A stretch of 64,000 nt of DNA from contig OZ219866.1 of NCBI GenBank assembly GCA_964291675.2, positions 2,752,001 through 2,816,000 on the forward strand, read 5' to 3'. Each line of letters opens with the position of its first letter. The stretch's first letter is position 1. Positions 62,950 to 64,000 of the stretch are shown here, piece by piece. Made by a program: the position numbers and the translations under genes. The stretch is from Alphaproteobacteria bacterium. Its GTDB lineage: Bacteria > Pseudomonadota > Alphaproteobacteria > MPNO01. Under the pieces are notes generated by a model. That model was not told the DNA's origin. It worked only from the letters and a program-made list of their open reading frames with translations, and ran no database searches.

Positions 62950-64000
62950 ATGACCGGCGACGCCCTGGACCGCTTCGCCGGCGCGATCCTGCGCCATCGC
63001 TGGCCGGTGCTTGCGATTGCCGCGCTGGTCATGCTCGCGGTGACGGCGGGTGCGGGCTTCGTCGGCGTGACCAACGACTACCGGAGCCTGTTCGACGAGG
63101 ACAATCCGCAGCTCGCCGCCCTGAACGCGCTGGAAGCGACCTACGGCTCGTCCAACAGGGCGCTGATCGCGGTTGCGCCGCGAACCGGCTCGGTATTCAC
63201 CCGAGAGACGCTCGGGGCCGTCGAGGAGCTGACCGAGGCGGCGTGGCAGGCGCCGCATTCAACCCGGGTGGACTCGCTCACCAACTACTCCCACAGCCGG
63301 GCGAATGGCGACGAGCTGATCGTCCGCCCGCTGGTCGAGGATGCGGGCGCGCTCTCGGACGTCGAGCTGGAACGGGTCCGGGGGGTTGCGCTGAACGCGG
63401 TCGAGATCGCCGGACGGCTGGTCTCGCGCGACGGCAAGGTGGCGGGGCTGGCGATCGACTTCGCGCTGCCCGAAAACCCCGATGCCGCGGTGATCGAGAT
63501 CACCGACTATCTCAACGTCCTGCTCGACAAGGCCCGCGCCGACCATCCGGACATCGCCTACTACCTGACCGGCGACGTGCCGTTGAACCGGGCCTTCGCC
63601 GACGCCACCCGGGACGACCTCGAAACCCTGATTCCGATCGTCTTCGCGGTCATCACCCTGGCGGCGGCCGCGCTCCTGCGCTCGGTCCTCGGGACGGCGG
63701 CGATCGTCGCCGTGCTGATGTTCGCGGTCAACACCACGGTGGGTTTTGCCGGCTGGCTCGGAACGGTGTTCAACCCCGCCAATTCCGGGATGCCGATCAT
63801 CGTGATGACTGTGGCGGTCGCCCACTCGGTTCACATCGTCTCGACCGCGCTGGCGGGCATGGGCAGGGGGCTGGACCGCAATGCGGCCATCGCGGAGGCG
63901 ATCCGGGTCAATGCCTGGCCGGTGTTCCTCACGTCGCTCACCACGGCGATCGGCTTTCTGAGCCTGAACGCCTCGGATTCGCCGCCCTTCCGGGTGCTCG
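62950..64000 (+). CDS. MMPL/RND family transporter (partial, runs off the window edge)
   Basis: Manual translation: MTGDALDRFAGAILRHRW...NDYRSLFDEDNPQL...VDSLTNY...AVAHSVH...TSLTTAIGFLSLN. Confidence 0.88.
   Translation, partial: MTGDALDRFAGAILRHRWPVLAIAALVMLAVTAGAGFVGVTNDYRSLFDEDNPQLAALNALEATYGSSNRALIAVAPRTGSVFTRETLGAVEELTEAAWQAPHSTRVDSLTNYSHSRANGDELIVRPLVEDAGALSDVELERVRGVALNAVEIAGRLVSRDGKVAGLAIDFALPENPDAAVIEITDYLNVLLDKARADHPDIAYYLTGDVPLNRAFADATRDDLETLIPIVFAVITLAAAALLRSVLGTAAIVAVLMFAVNTTVGFAGWLGTVFNPANSGMPIIVMTVAVAHSVHIVSTALAGMGRGLDRNAAIAEAIRVNAWPVFLTSLTTAIGFLSLNASDSPPFRVL

Overview
GC-rich bacterial chromosomal window, very likely from an alphaproteobacterium: recA is preceded by GTTC-N7-GTTC-type LexA boxes, and the window has a ppk1-ppx-sixA arrangement and alpha-type REP palindromes. 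The Calx-beta/beta-barrel surface proteins and many small accessory cassettes suggest a host-associated lifestyle, possibly a sponge symbiont (inference). Core and metabolic genes include alaS, recA, ppk1/ppx, sixA, kynA, a thiolase, LLM oxidoreductases, a UbiD/lactonase/CoA-ligase catabolic cluster, dpp- and liv-type ABC transporters, a 5'-nucleotidase, a Tat-type carotenoid oxygenase module, an MpaB/Lcp-like oxygenase and an MMPL transporter. Accessory DNA includes vapBC, a hicBA-like pair, an orphan DUF2442, a small-ORF/retropepsin pair, an AAA-ATPase/DUF4276 pair, an intact IS1380-family element with a 5-bp target duplication, and nested REP/MITE clusters. Two highlights: (1) a lambda-like cI/cro divergent switch with three 14-bp operator-like sites and a repressor with Arg in place of the S24 catalytic Lys, driving a 1252-aa autotransporter instead of phage genes; (2) two cassettes, each lying between an intact gene and a degenerate copy of that same gene's 3' end, with no integrase in view. 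All product calls come from motif recognition in the translations; no database searches were run.
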